A stretch of DNA of 53,603 nt, the filler included, from Bipalium vagum (Eukaryota), in the NCBI GenBank assembly GCA_037834085.1. It is 3 parts of 3 records of this genome, joined end to end, with 100 filler letters (N's around TTAATTAATTAA, not from the genome) between each part and the next. Parts side by side here need not be neighbours in the genome. Positions count along the whole stretch, not along the records: positions 1 to 18,042 come from JBBMKC010043020.1; positions 18,143 to 36,006 come from JBBMKC010048142.1; 1 more part is not named here. One strand, 5' to 3'. Numbering within the stretch: the stretch's first letter is position 1; the number at the start of each line of letters is the position of its first letter. The notes beneath the pieces were generated by a model. It saw only the letters and a list, made by a program, of their open reading frames with translations. It did no database searches and was not told the origin of the DNA. This document shows positions 11,071-22,501 of the stretch, in pieces. The position numbers were made by a program, and so were the translations under genes.

Positions 11071-11892
11071 TGTCTCGATGACGAGATTATTGAGGTGAGC
11101 TTGTTATTTATTTTGTTTGTGGAAAATAGGGAATAAAACTCTGTCGTCTGAGTAATTAATCCCTTTGTCTAATTTTGACAAGTAGTAGAGACAAAGTTAG
11201 AAATTAAGGGCTATTGATGGAAATAATTGTCTCGAAGCGTATGGATTGCTGATCGTAGCCCAATCTATAGAGACGGCCATTCCCTTAAAATTCCCAGAAA
11301 TCATCGAAAATTAGTGAAGATATTATTTATACCAGTGAAGATTGTATTGTTCCAGAGGAACATCAGTGGTTTCAGTATTTTTAATTTTTTTATGACTTCA
11401 ATGCAAGAGGATTTACCAAGGGGACTCATCGAGTTTGGAAATCCCTAGGTGACCTGCAAAGGACCTAGAGGACGACCCGGGGATGTCGTTCCTGGTGAGA
11501 CCATTACATTTATTATTTTTATTTATTTCTATTCTTTTAGTGATCAGTCTCCTATCATTTATTGTAGAATTATTTAGTTATACCATTATTGTTCATTTGT
11601 TTTTGCATTCGTTTTTTACTATTAATTAATTTTTTAACGTTGATGTAAACGATATTGGTATTTGACATTGGGAACTATTATATTATTGCTTTTGATCATT
11701 GTGTTTATTGGAGCGAAGTTGTTATTACAACAAGAGTGTCGGACTGTTGTGGTATTTTTAATAAAATGTTGTTGTGAGTGTTTTAATTCCGTTTTTTGCA
11801 GCGGATAGTATTATTGTTAGGGGTTTTTGATTCACATAGAGAGAGGGTACAATTTTATTGTATAGTAAAGAGATAATAGAGTTATGGGCACA
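11071..11892 (+). mobile_element. Probable solo LTR (family A)
   Basis: TG...CA ends; the GC-rich core at 11400-11500 is homologous to the reverse complement of 19780-19870. No clean TSD. Confidence 0.55.
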
Positions 11893-12471
11893 ATATGACT
11901 TAGTGAGGAGTTACTGATAGACGAACGAAATTTACTTTTAATATGGTATAATAGTAACACATTGTATTATCAATTTTTAATAGTTGTATCTTCAACTCCA
12001 CAAGTGATACATTTAACTGTACTGCATCAGTTTTCAGGTTCTAATTCTTTTCAACATTTTCATTCAACAAGAAATACAATATGTTAAATAATGAAAATTC
12101 TAAATATTAAAACCTGGTGAAATTCAACGAGTACTTTTCCTGCCATTGAAGGGTATTCTTCAACAACTGAAAACAAATAACAAGGAATAAATATTTCAAT
12201 AAAATTTGATACAAATTAAGAATAAAATTTACTTCAACCACTAGTATAAATAGTTAGAATTAAGAAAATAAAAATCTAATTGTTTCATTAAAGCATCAAT
12301 TATTTTTTCATATTATTTTAATTTTCGTAGTAAATTATTCAATATATTCATTCAATACATTTAATTTATTTAATGATAACTACGTCTGTACTCAGGTGAC
12401 TATATATGTTAAATTTAAGTTACAAGAAATATATTTAAGATAATTCAAATAAATCTAATAATTCATTGGAT

Positions 12472-14140
12472 ATGTCAGAAAGTCTAGGATGGGTTGATTT
12501 TCTTGTGTTGTTCACTTTATTTTTAAGCAGTTTGAGTATTGGCGTTTATTTTGGATTTTTTGAACCTAAGAAGAAATTACATAAATTAAAAGGTACAGAA
12601 ACTAAAGAATTTTTACTAGGTGGAAGAAAGATGACTGCGATTCCCGTAGCATGCTCCTTAATGGCTAGCTTCTTTTCAGCTATAACATTATTAGGTTTCT
12701 TTATTTTCATCTTTTATTTTTAATGACCTTTTTTCAGGTACTCCGAATGAAATTTACACATATGGTATTATGTATTGGTTCATTGGGTTTGGTTACGTAT
12801 TTACAATTATTATCAGTTCAATTCTATTTATACCAGTATTTTACAAAATGAGGATAACTTCTTCCTATGAAGTAATTCTCTATTGTTGTTTTCATTTAAA
12901 TAGTTTAATATATATCATAAATTAATTATGTTTAAATTTTATTTAGTATTTGGGATTACGGTTTTCAAAAATCAACCAAATTTTGGCCGCTTCAGCCTTT
13001 ATATTGCAAATGGTTAGTTTTTAAATTTAAAAATTAAATAATTATTTTCCCTCGAAAGAATTATGATTTATTTAAAATTTCAAAAATTTTAAACAAATAT
13101 AATTTAGCTACATTAGGTCATCTCATAAGTATTTACAGAAAGATGTCTAGAGCAAAAAATTATTTTATCACGTACCTCACTTAATTGCCGACAATAAACC
13201 TCACTAGTAATGGTTTCATCCATATTCAGGAGCTGCATGTATATATTTTCCATTCATATCCCACCACACACAGAGAAAAACTTTTATCGGATGAAGACCT
13301 GGTTTAGACGTTAGGATTAGTTCTTCACTAGAACATACTACTGCTTTTTACGCTCAGCATTGATAATTAAAACCTATTTTTCTTCACAGCAAACTACTCT
13401 TTCCAGAAATGGGTCTAGATCATGGCGAATGAGCAAACTTTCACCCGATTCAAAATTTGCTGTTCATCTAGATCATGTGGAATCCATTTTCTACATTTAG
13501 AAGTTTTTCACATTTGGATTAAATGGCGATGAAAACTTGTTTTAGAATTGTTCGCGAGTTTTGCCAATTACCGTGTTTTTTGATAAGGATCCTCTTCCAC
13601 TAGTCTATTTAGGTTGTTTACATCTGTCTATACAGATCGACCCGACTTTGACTTGTCTTGCATATCGAAATCTTTGTTTGTCGAAAACCATTTTTCACAT
13701 GTACTTAAACTAATAGATTCGATTAATGCTATATATAACCGGCTATATGACTATCTGGAATTTAATTGCACTTAAAGTCATACAGCAGACAGATCCTTAT
13801 TATTTCTTGAGTAAATTTCATATCCAAGAATCTTAATAAATAATGTATGAGTACATTAGTTTTATATAAAGGCACCTTTAAATAATATTATTTTACATAA
13901 TCCGCTTATAAATTATTTCAATTAATGTAGATTAACAATACTAAATAATACTATATGAAAAATTAAAAGTTGAATAATGAAAATAATACTTTATTTTTAA
14001 ATATAATGTAGTTTTATCAACAATTTTAAAATATTCTTTTTTTTTTAATAATTTTACATGATTTTTATTCAGTAATTTATTATTTTAGAGTCCATATATG
14101 GGTATCGTTCTTTATGGTCCTTCTTTGGCTCTCAGAGTTG
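12472..14140 (+). CDS. SLC5 sodium:solute symporter (SMCT/SMVT-like), 5' portion only, 4 exons
   Basis: Exons 12472-12694, 12738-12871, 12947-13012 and 14089-14140 have GT-AG introns in consistent phase. Protein: [77 protein letters not shown]. Later exons were not found. Confidence 0.9.
13110..13830 (-). mobile_element. Mariner transposase remnant in SLC5 intron 3
   Basis: Minus strand: KSKSGRS, WIPHDLDEQQ and HPIKVFLCVWWDMNG, typical mariner WVPHEL and KVMLCVWWD motifs. Confidence 0.85.
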
Positions 14141-14249
14141 GTAGGGTATTTCATTTTTTCATTTTGTAATGTTTTAACAAAAATTGTACATTTAATGATT
14201 TAGTATAGAGTCTTAACCTTTAAATTATGATAGTTTTCATTTGATTGTT

Positions 14250-14989
14250 AACAGTATTTTTTGGAAATTTAAAGATATAGAATTAATTTTAAAAATTATA
14301 AAGATAATTCAACCTCATTACTCATATTCAAGAACCATAATAAAGAGTATATAAAGAGAAGGATTTCTCAGGTTATGGAAGTTATCAATTTTTTATTAAA
14401 AACGTTATCAAAGCATGACCAGAATCTTATTATTAATTTAACAAAATTAAGAAATAGTATAAATTTGTATACTATGAATTTTTTTCATTTGGATTGTGTT
14501 GAAGTTCTCAATCTCTGAGCAACTACGAGGGCTCAACGGAGAGTTAGAGAATTTTGACAGAAGTTATCTTGTAAGGTATTTTTCTTTCGTAACTTGTTTT
14601 TTATTTAACTATTGATAGCAATTTATTTCTTATTTATTAATTTAATATTTAATTTTGACTAATTGATGTTTAATTCTTGCTTATTATCATTTAATTATAC
14701 ATTTGATTATTGCCTTTTATTAACATTGGATTATTTGAAGGGTTATGTGAATGTTCAATTAAACAATTTGTTGATTAGTATCATTGTTATTCTCATACAT
14801 GCTTGAGAATTTTGTAGTTGTTATCATTGTTATCTGAACTCTTTCTAAAGATCTCATAGTGTTATCGCTGTTATCTTATGAGTATTGTTGTACACTATGA
14901 TATATATAGGCGTTATTGATTTACTGATCGTTGTTAATTGCACCGCCTTATAGAACCGAAGTCAGGTTAAATTCGAGGTCTCCTACACA
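14250..14989 (+). mobile_element. Probable LTR remnant (family B, diverged)
   Basis: The 3' end (TTTACTGATCGTTGTTAATTGCACCGCCTTATAGAACCGAAGTCAGG) resembles the ends of 42548-43155 and 47273-47700. The start is approximate. Confidence 0.45.
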
Positions 14990-14999
14990 ATTTTTGAAA

Positions 15000-15850
15000 A
15001 TTTTTATTCAATAAACATAAACATTCAATAAAGTTGTATAGTTGTGTTACAATTTAATAATAATTTAATAATACCTATTTCCACATTTGCAAACATTTCT
15101 TTTATCTTAATAACAAGAGCATCAATAGCAGCATATTTTTTATTTCTTGGTTTCATATCACCAGCAGAAACAATTAAGTTTTCTCCAAATAGGCTGGGCA
15201 AATTGTAAATAACAACCCTTAACTGAAGTATTTGGTTATTGCGAGTTATGGCGTTAAACACAGAGTACTCAAAATTAATTATTATCATATTGTGATGAAA
15301 ATATTATCTTCAAAGTATTTCAACATGGTAAAATATGGTATGAGAACTTTTAAATATTCCATCCATAAAAAAATTACATATTTTAGACCTTACAACATTT
15401 TCAATAAAATCTTTATCTCCAAAAATTAACAACTTTCATTTGTATCGTATATTAAGAAATTTTTATCCATCAAATTATACCCAAATTATACCCGTAAAAA
15501 AATCTTTGTATATGTATGATAAAACTTATGTTTAAGCCTGTAAATTCTGATCGCCTAACTAAAAATATTTAAATTAGTATTTTGGGGTAGTTTATTCTCC
15601 AAATAAACTTGAATGACGATTCATCATACAGTGTTTTTGATCCTGCTTCACTTTGGCTCCTAATGATTATTTTATTTTGAGAATGATTTCTCATGATTCA
15701 TCGACAATATTATCATGGATTTTCTTCAATTAAGTAATTGATCTTTCATTTGTTTACAAAATAACTTTTCCTTTTGCACTTCGAATACTTTTAACCACCT
15801 AATTCGAGACCGTGAACAATAAATGTATATCCATTTATAATGGGTTTGAC
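15000..15850 (-). mobile_element. MULE/Mutator-like transposase remnant
   Basis: FMDGIFKSSHTIFYHV resembles the MULE MDGTFK..P..F.Q motif; C-terminal RNKKYAAIDALVIKIK; possible FLYWCH-like N-terminus. Confidence 0.6.
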
Positions 15851-16014
15851 TTTATTTATGTCTTTTTCAATCCAAATTATATTTTCGTTGGTTTCTAAAT
15901 TGTCCACCACACTTCCTAAATACAGGGCAAGTCTCAAAAAAATGTATACACACTTAAGTGTATCATATGAACTAACATCAGTATATAGTATTTCATATGG
16001 CAGTGCTTCAAAGT

Positions 16015-16338
16015 TCAGTGAACAGAATCTTTTGATATTCCTAGCTTAAGACTTACTTGTCTCACAAATGTTTGTGGGCTTTGATTAAAAAATTTCAGTA
16101 TTCTTTCTTCCTTTGTAGTACTTGTCGATATTCTCCGTCTTCCAGAACGTTTCTTGTTGACATTATTAATAATTCCATCTTTTTGATATTTATACTTTAT
16201 TCGACTGATTACCAGTCTTGTTGGAGGATCTATCTGAAATTCTTTTTTCAACCGTAACTGCACCATTTTTATGTTTTCAAACTTGAAGTAATTTTTGATA
16301 ATAGATTTTCCTTGCTCAAAGTTCAATCTACCTTTCAT
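16015..16338 (-). mobile_element. Tc1/mariner transposase N-terminal HTH fragment (DUF4817-like)
   Basis: VQLRLKKEFQIDPPTRLVISRIKYKY..RSGRRR..SPQTFVRQVSLKLGISKDSVH. Confidence 0.85.
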
Positions 16339-16729
16339 GATTCAACCTTTAAGAGTAAATTTATAGGTTTAAAATAGCGGTAATTTCTTACCAGTTATTG
16401 GAGTATGTAAACAAACTATAAAACAAGTAATAAGGACTTATAATTACTTAACAATTTTTATTTAAAGTATATACAATATATTTTTTAATATTTTTTAAGT
16501 ATATATTTCTAAATATGATTTAGTATAATGAAATATATAAACAAAAAAATAAGAATCATTTTCATTATTATAACTAGTATTATTCATAACATGATTTTTC
16601 AAAATAATTCAATATTTCAAAATGTTTTTTCAAATACAATACCCTCCAAAAGTTTGTTCATCCCCTTTCAAAAAAAATAAAAACGAGTGTAAGTCAAGAT
16701 ATATTTATCAAATATTCACCACAATTACA

Positions 16730-16975
16730 TTCTAATACTTAGTTTGACATATTGAGAACAGATTTGACTCGCATCGCCATTGATTCCACGCGATTTTGAC
16801 AATATTTTCTATCCAAAGGATAACAGTGTTGTTGAACTGATTTCCATAATTGCCCTTTGGAATGGCATGGAACATGTTGTATTGCATGCTTAAAGTATCC
16901 ATAAATATTTTCGATTGAGTTAACATCCGAAGAATTTTCTGGCCAGTCAAATCTGTTCTCAATATGAAAGGGCAT
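16730..16975 (-). mobile_element. Tc1 transposase C-terminal fragment
   Basis: DWPENSSDVNSIENIY (WPxQSPDLNPIENLW-like) and VESMAMRVKSV. Confidence 0.85.
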
Positions 16976-17763
16976 CCAACTAAGTATTAGAATGTAATGA
17001 TGGTGAATATTTAATAAATATATCTTGACTTACATTCGTTTTTATTTTTTTTATATGAATTGAACAAATTTTTGTATGGTACTGTAATGTTTCAAAATTT
17101 GTGTATTTCAAAAATAATTTTTTCAAATATTTGATGTTTCGAATAAATGAATTTTCTTGATTTGTGTTTTTCAAACATTTAAAATTTTAAAAAACAGGTT
17201 TTTCAAAAATTGTGTATATAACCAAATTCGAAATAGTTAATGTTGAAAATTTTTCACAAAACAGCTGTTGTAAAAAAATTTGAAAATGGACATAATTTAA
17301 TGATTTTACCTCCATATTCTACTCAATTAAGTCCCGATTTTCCAGACCACTAATCGACTTCACAAAATTGTAACTATCACGCCATCATTTTTTTCTCTTT
17401 TACACTTTATTCCTATCACGAGATTCGAAATATTTATTATAAATTTATGTACCTCAATTTTAAATAAATAAAAGCAAAAAATCTTGTATCATCAAAAAGC
17501 TATCAAAATCTAATTTAATCGAATAAACTTAAACGATAAGAATTATTATAAAAATAATAATAAATAAATAGTGTGAGTTTATGTACTGTCAATGATCAAT
17601 GAAAACCAAAATTTACAAAAACTAAAATGAATCGAGGTTCGATAATGATAATTATTTTATCGATAATAATACATAAAAATAAAACTTTTCGTTGTGTTAA
17701 AAAAAACAACCAGAATTACATTAGATATTCTTTTCTTTAAAATAAAAACTTAATAATATAAAA

Positions 17764-18042
17764 CAGTGCTCCGCAACCGGTGCGCCACGGCACACTGCTG
17801 TGTCGTGAACCGAATACAAGTGTGCCGCCGTCAAATACATTGTGTTTGATATTTTTCCATCATATTTTCAATTTTATTTATTGATCAATATTATTTATTG
17901 TTTTTAGAAAAGTATTGGTTAAAAGAAATTTTAAAGGTTAAATTGAATGAATTCAAAATATGCCCGAACTATACCAATACCTCGATGATGATTACTGGAT
18001 AGCCAATCTTGCATACATGGCTGATATATTTGAACATTTGAA
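17764..18042 (+). mobile_element. hAT (Buster/Charlie-like) element, internally deleted
   Basis: Terminus CAGTGCTCCGCAACC with GC-rich subterminal repeats, followed by DDYWIANLAYMADIFEHL (W..LAYL.DIF motif). Runs into the gap. Confidence 0.75.
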
Positions 18043-18142
18043 NNNNNNNNNNNNNNNNNNNNNNNNNNNNNNNNNNNNNNNNNNNNTTAATTAATTAANN
18101 NNNNNNNNNNNNNNNNNNNNNNNNNNNNNNNNNNNNNNNNNN
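18043..18142. other. Artificial contig-joining linker
   Basis: 44 N + TTAATTAATTAA (stops in all six frames) + 44 N; identical structure at 36007. Confidence 0.95.
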
Positions 18143-18316
18143 AATTCTAAGAATTCAGATTTTTATTGTACTGGTGTATATAAACTTGTTAATAATTGGC
18201 AAAAAATTGTTGATTCTGATGGAAATTATTTTGTTAATTAAAGTTGATTTTTAAAAAGGTTATGACTTCTTAAAGTATATGGTTATAAACCGCAATTACT
18301 CTTTTGGAAACCTAAT
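18143..18316 (+). mobile_element. Mariner 3' end with terminal inverted repeat
   Basis: FYCTGVYKLVNNWQKIVDSDGNYF* followed by CCGCAATTACCTTTTGGAAACCTAAT, a mariner-type TIR. Confidence 0.85.
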
Positions 18317-19225
18317 GATGAAACGAAAAATTATTAAAGAATAATATTAGTAAATCCGAAAATGGTAACACAAATTTAAAAACTTTGTTGATTTATTTTT
18401 TCTTAAATCTCGAGTTACAAATGCAGCTTACCCATTCCTCATCGGTAATAAAAAATATTATTAAATTTTTCATAATTCAGTCATTTTTTTTAATTCTTAA
18501 TATTATAACAAAGTTGTTACAACGTGCAATTCATCGGTAAGGTGGGTTCTTTTTAATATAATTTCTTTTTGAAATACAAGCCTGCTTCTTGATTTGTACT
18601 CTTTAAAGTAATTTTAATGAACCAGATATCTGACACTAGACTAATTATATAATCCATCAGGATAATTAACTTTTTTAGTTGAATAATTTAAAAATTTTCA
18701 ATATAAAGTTTTTGTGGTAACCTTTTTATTATAAAATTTTTATAAAATTAGATTTTTTATTATTTTTATTATTATTATTATTATAGTTAGTAGTGATAGT
18801 AAATATTATATGAAGGCAAGAAAATGTTCAGATGAGAACTTCATATTGTAATTTTATTTAGTCCTTTTAGCTATCCTATAAAATATTAATAATTCAGTGA
18901 AATTAAAATGATATTCTCTCGAGAACCTTTTAAAATAATGGCTTCAGTCATTAAAAATTATATTATCTTCTTTTGAATATGTTTGAGAAATTTTATTTAC
19001 TGTACTAATACGAAAATTAATTTAATTATTTAGTAACCCTTTTAAAATTTAAACAATAAAGTTAGTTAATTCATGAATATGCTTTTTCTATTATCATTTG
19101 TTATTTAATTATTTATATACCATTTCAAGATCTATGTTAAAGTTTTCAACTTCAATTTTAAATTTTTTTATAAAATAGGTATAAAGTAGATATTATTAAA
19201 GTTAAATACTAAAAAACAGAAAATT

Positions 19226-19460
19226 TTATTGATGAATATAAGGCAGACCAGCAGCTGAATAGATTATATTTCGTGTCATGTTACGGAAATAGCCACTTGG
19301 TCGTGTTCCTTGAATAATGTAATCCCTCAAGACACCAATATTATTGTTTCTTAACATTTCCCAAACATGATTTCTGATTTTTGAAAAAGCTAATTCTATT
19401 GGGTTCACCATATAAGAGTATGGAGACAAGAATTTAAATTCAAAACCAAATTCACTAGTA
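19226..19460 (-). mobile_element. IS630/Tc1-like transposase C-terminal fragment
   Basis: FKFLSPYSYMVNPIELAFSKIRN (LPPYSPxLNPIE-like). Confidence 0.8.
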
Positions 19461-19623
19461 ATCACAATCAACACAAGACTCAAAGTCAAAACTGATCAAC
19501 TGTCTGAAAATCAAATTAACACAAATGCACGTTAAAATAACTTATGATTAAGAATAATGTTAGTCGAAAATTATTTAAAATTATTATTTAATGACTGTAA
19601 GGAGTTTAGATGACAAATGAATG

Positions 19624-19695
19624 GGGGACGTAGCTCAGCGGTAGAGCAGTCCATGCGCATGTGAAAGGTCCCGGGTTCGAATCCCGGTGTCTCCA
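19624..19695 (+). tRNA. tRNA-Ala(CGC)-derived sequence, probably a pseudogene or SINE head
   Basis: GGGGACGTAGCTCAGCGGTAGAGC...GGTCCCGGGTTCGAATCCCGGTGTCTCCA. Acceptor stem (with G3:U70), D arm, T arm and A/B boxes are intact. The anticodon stem (GTCCA/GTGAA) does not pair and U33 is lost. Confidence 0.8.
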
Positions 19696-19699
19696 ATTT

Positions 19700-20245
19700 A
19701 TTGGAACCTAACAATGACAATGAAGTTCAAAAGATTATTAAAAATTAAGAACACACAAAAAATCCAGATTAGCCTCAACTGGAGAGACAAGGAGTCCCCC
19801 CGGTCATCCTCTAGGTCCTTTGTAGTTGATCTAGGGATTCCCAAACTCGCTGGATCCCCTTGTATCATCATTAACAAATGTAAACAAGATTACTGAATTT
19901 TCTTCTGACAAATGATCCTTGACAATATTCTTTTAAATATCCTCCGAGTCCAATTAACAATATTTTTCTAGGCAATAATTCTTCCAAGAAATAATAATCT
20001 TCTGCTAAACAATGACAATCTTCTTCCAAGTAATAATGATAATATAAAATTCCTCTTATTTTTTTATCATGTTCTAGGAATAGCCGTCTCTTTATATAGT
20101 CGTAGAGATTGGTTTACCATCACCAATCCCTACGCTTAGAAACAGATATTTTTCCTAATAGTCATTAATCAAACTTTATCTCCACGACAAGATAAATTTT
20201 GATCAAACCAAAAATATTAATTTAAACTTACAGTCCCCACGACTG
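19700..20245 (-). mobile_element. Truncated LTR (family A), inverted relative to 11071-11892
   Basis: Reverse complement CAAGGGGATCCAGCGAGTTTGGGAATCCCTAGATCAACTACAAAGGACCTAGAGGATGACCGGGG aligns to 11417-11483. Confidence 0.6.
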
Positions 20246-20461
20246 AACATATGAAAACAACTATCAGAAAATTCATTAGCCTAATATATCAAAAAAAGCT
20301 TATATAAAAGCTTAATAATTTAAAAGAAAAAAATAAAATTTTAATTATCTGATAAAGCTAATGAGAGCAAGTATAGATTGTTTCATTAATATGTATGCGC
20401 GTTTTTCTTATCATTCTACAACAGAAGTTCTGGCCACAAATTAAGCAGCAGTCGAAAGTTA

Positions 20462-20705
20462 AAGAGTTATTCTTTCAACAGGATGGAGCTCCGGCAAACT
20501 GAAGTAAAGAAATAAGGAAGTGGCTTGACAAAAATTTCCCCAATCGTTGGATTGGTCCAGGTGATTCTTTTTCATGGCCTCTAAGATTCCCGGATTTGGC
20601 ACCACCAGATTTCTTCCTATGGAGCATGATAAAAGACAAGGTTTATTCCTCAAAACCAAGAACATTAATAGATTTTAAAGCATCCATCGAAAGAGAAATC
20701 AGAAA
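20462..20705 (+). mobile_element. Tc1/mariner (DD37D/DD41D-like) transposase catalytic fragment
   Basis: FQQDGAPAN*..WLDKNFPNRWIG..WPLRFPDLAPPDFFLWSMIKDKVY..PRT. Confidence 0.9.
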
Positions 20706-21707
20706 TAGAAGCATATTGCTTCTCACACTAACCCAACGAAAGGTAAACTTTTGCTATGATCAATAATGCTCTGATTATAAATGGGAGTAGACTGAGGAGG
20801 GGTATTTCTGAACATGTTATCCCATAGCTTTCATCTAAACGGCTTTGAATCCTTGTTTAGGTTGAAATCACTGGCAAAAAATATGGTCCTTCAGAGATAT
20901 CTCTATAAGTAAACAAAATTATTCGATTCATTGTGTAATCATTATTCTATTCAATGTCTGATTTATTCAGTAGATTGAGCTATTAATGAATTTGTGTTTC
21001 TCAAGTTGACTGTTCATATTTTACGATAAAATTTTCTCAAAACGTAAAGCACATTAACAACTTCTTACAAAAAGCTTTTTCGTGTTAGGCAACCTATTTT
21101 TTATAAACCATAAGCATATAATAACATTTTAATATTAATTAGATTTATATCATGATCTCAGCTGAATTGTGAATAACATTTAAAATAATTTTTTTTTATT
21201 TATTTAGCAGAACTTGTAAGTTTTCCGTTGTCATCTAATTATTATAACAAGAAAATCAAATTGAATCTCTCTGATAATTTCTAATTTTTGGTTTAAATAT
21301 AATAATTTTTATTAAAATGAATTTAGCTTAAACTGTAACTTGTTAAATTTTTTAAAGTTTCCATAAATAAAACTAATTAATACAAGATAAATGTCATACA
21401 TTCATAAATTAATATTTTTTCAAATATTTTTGTGATTAGACATCGTTTCTAATAATATATATTAGTAATAATACTATTATTATTGTTATAAAACAGTGAA
21501 ATTAAAAATGGAAAGATTTGGAACAAGTTGTAAAACATTTGTAAACTACGGTTTTGGAATATTAAAAATTAGTTTAGAAAATTTTCTGTGGCCCTTGTCT
21601 AACTATAATTAAATTTTAACTGTGTTTAAATAAATTGATACATATAATACTTTTAAATTTACTTGATATTAGAAGCTTATGTATATATCTAATAATCTTC
21701 AAGTACC

Positions 21708-22501
21708 ATGGCCTCCAAAAAAATTCAGAACTTTGTGAAAAATAAGGTGAACGCTAGTTCGAACATAAATATTCCATTTTCGAAAATTAGATTGAAATCA
21801 GATTCACTAGAAGAGCCATTGATATTTGATAATTTGGAAAAAGAATTCAGTCCAGAAGACATTGGTGAGACTAATTATGGCATCAATTCAAATAATTCCA
21901 ATTTTGATGACTATAATTTGCATACCACTTCAGACGTCCTTAAATGTACAGATGAAACAGAAATATTGCCCGACAATCCGGAAATCAGTAACACAACGAA
22001 TTTAAACAACCCTATACTCGTCGGTGTAGAAAAAATTGGAAAATCTGTAAATATTGCACTGAAAGATGCTCACATAGCAATAAATTCCATAATGAAAGAT
22101 TCCCAGAAAAAGAAAAACATCAGAAAACCAAGTGATGTAGCAAAGTCAAGATATAGGTTTTCTTCTTTTTCTCGTAAACGTTATTTTGCACTGGAAGACG
22201 AAAAAATGAGATCTTTATCACTAACTCGTGAAGACGTTGAAGAAAACTTCACTGAGGCGACTAATGAGGAAGGATTTCCTGACATTCCATTTCCAGAAAA
22301 GACAGTTGAAAATAACAATGAAAACGTACGGGAATGCCCCAAGGCCGAAGTCGATTTTCATATCAGTGACTCAGAACTCCAAGAGACCGTTGAAGACACC
22401 AAAAAAATTCCTGTCAGCGAAATACAGTCAAAACCAGAAGAAAACATCGTTATTAAACAAAACAATAATAATGAAACGCAGCAATCAGCCAGTTTTACAA
22501 A
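21708..22501 (+). CDS. TEX2: TEX2 exon 1 (acidic, disordered N-terminus)
   Basis: Long ORF from ACCATGG; the phase-2 donor GTAATA matches the acceptor at 24593. Confidence 0.75.

Noticed and set aside
18087-18098. TTAATTAATTAA palindrome within N runs (also 36051-36062)
   Set aside because: Symmetric 44-N flanks and six-frame stops indicate an assembly linker, not biology.
20710-21060. Possible APE endonuclease remnant (SDFN..IDH) on the minus strand
   Set aside because: Too short and degraded to support a call.
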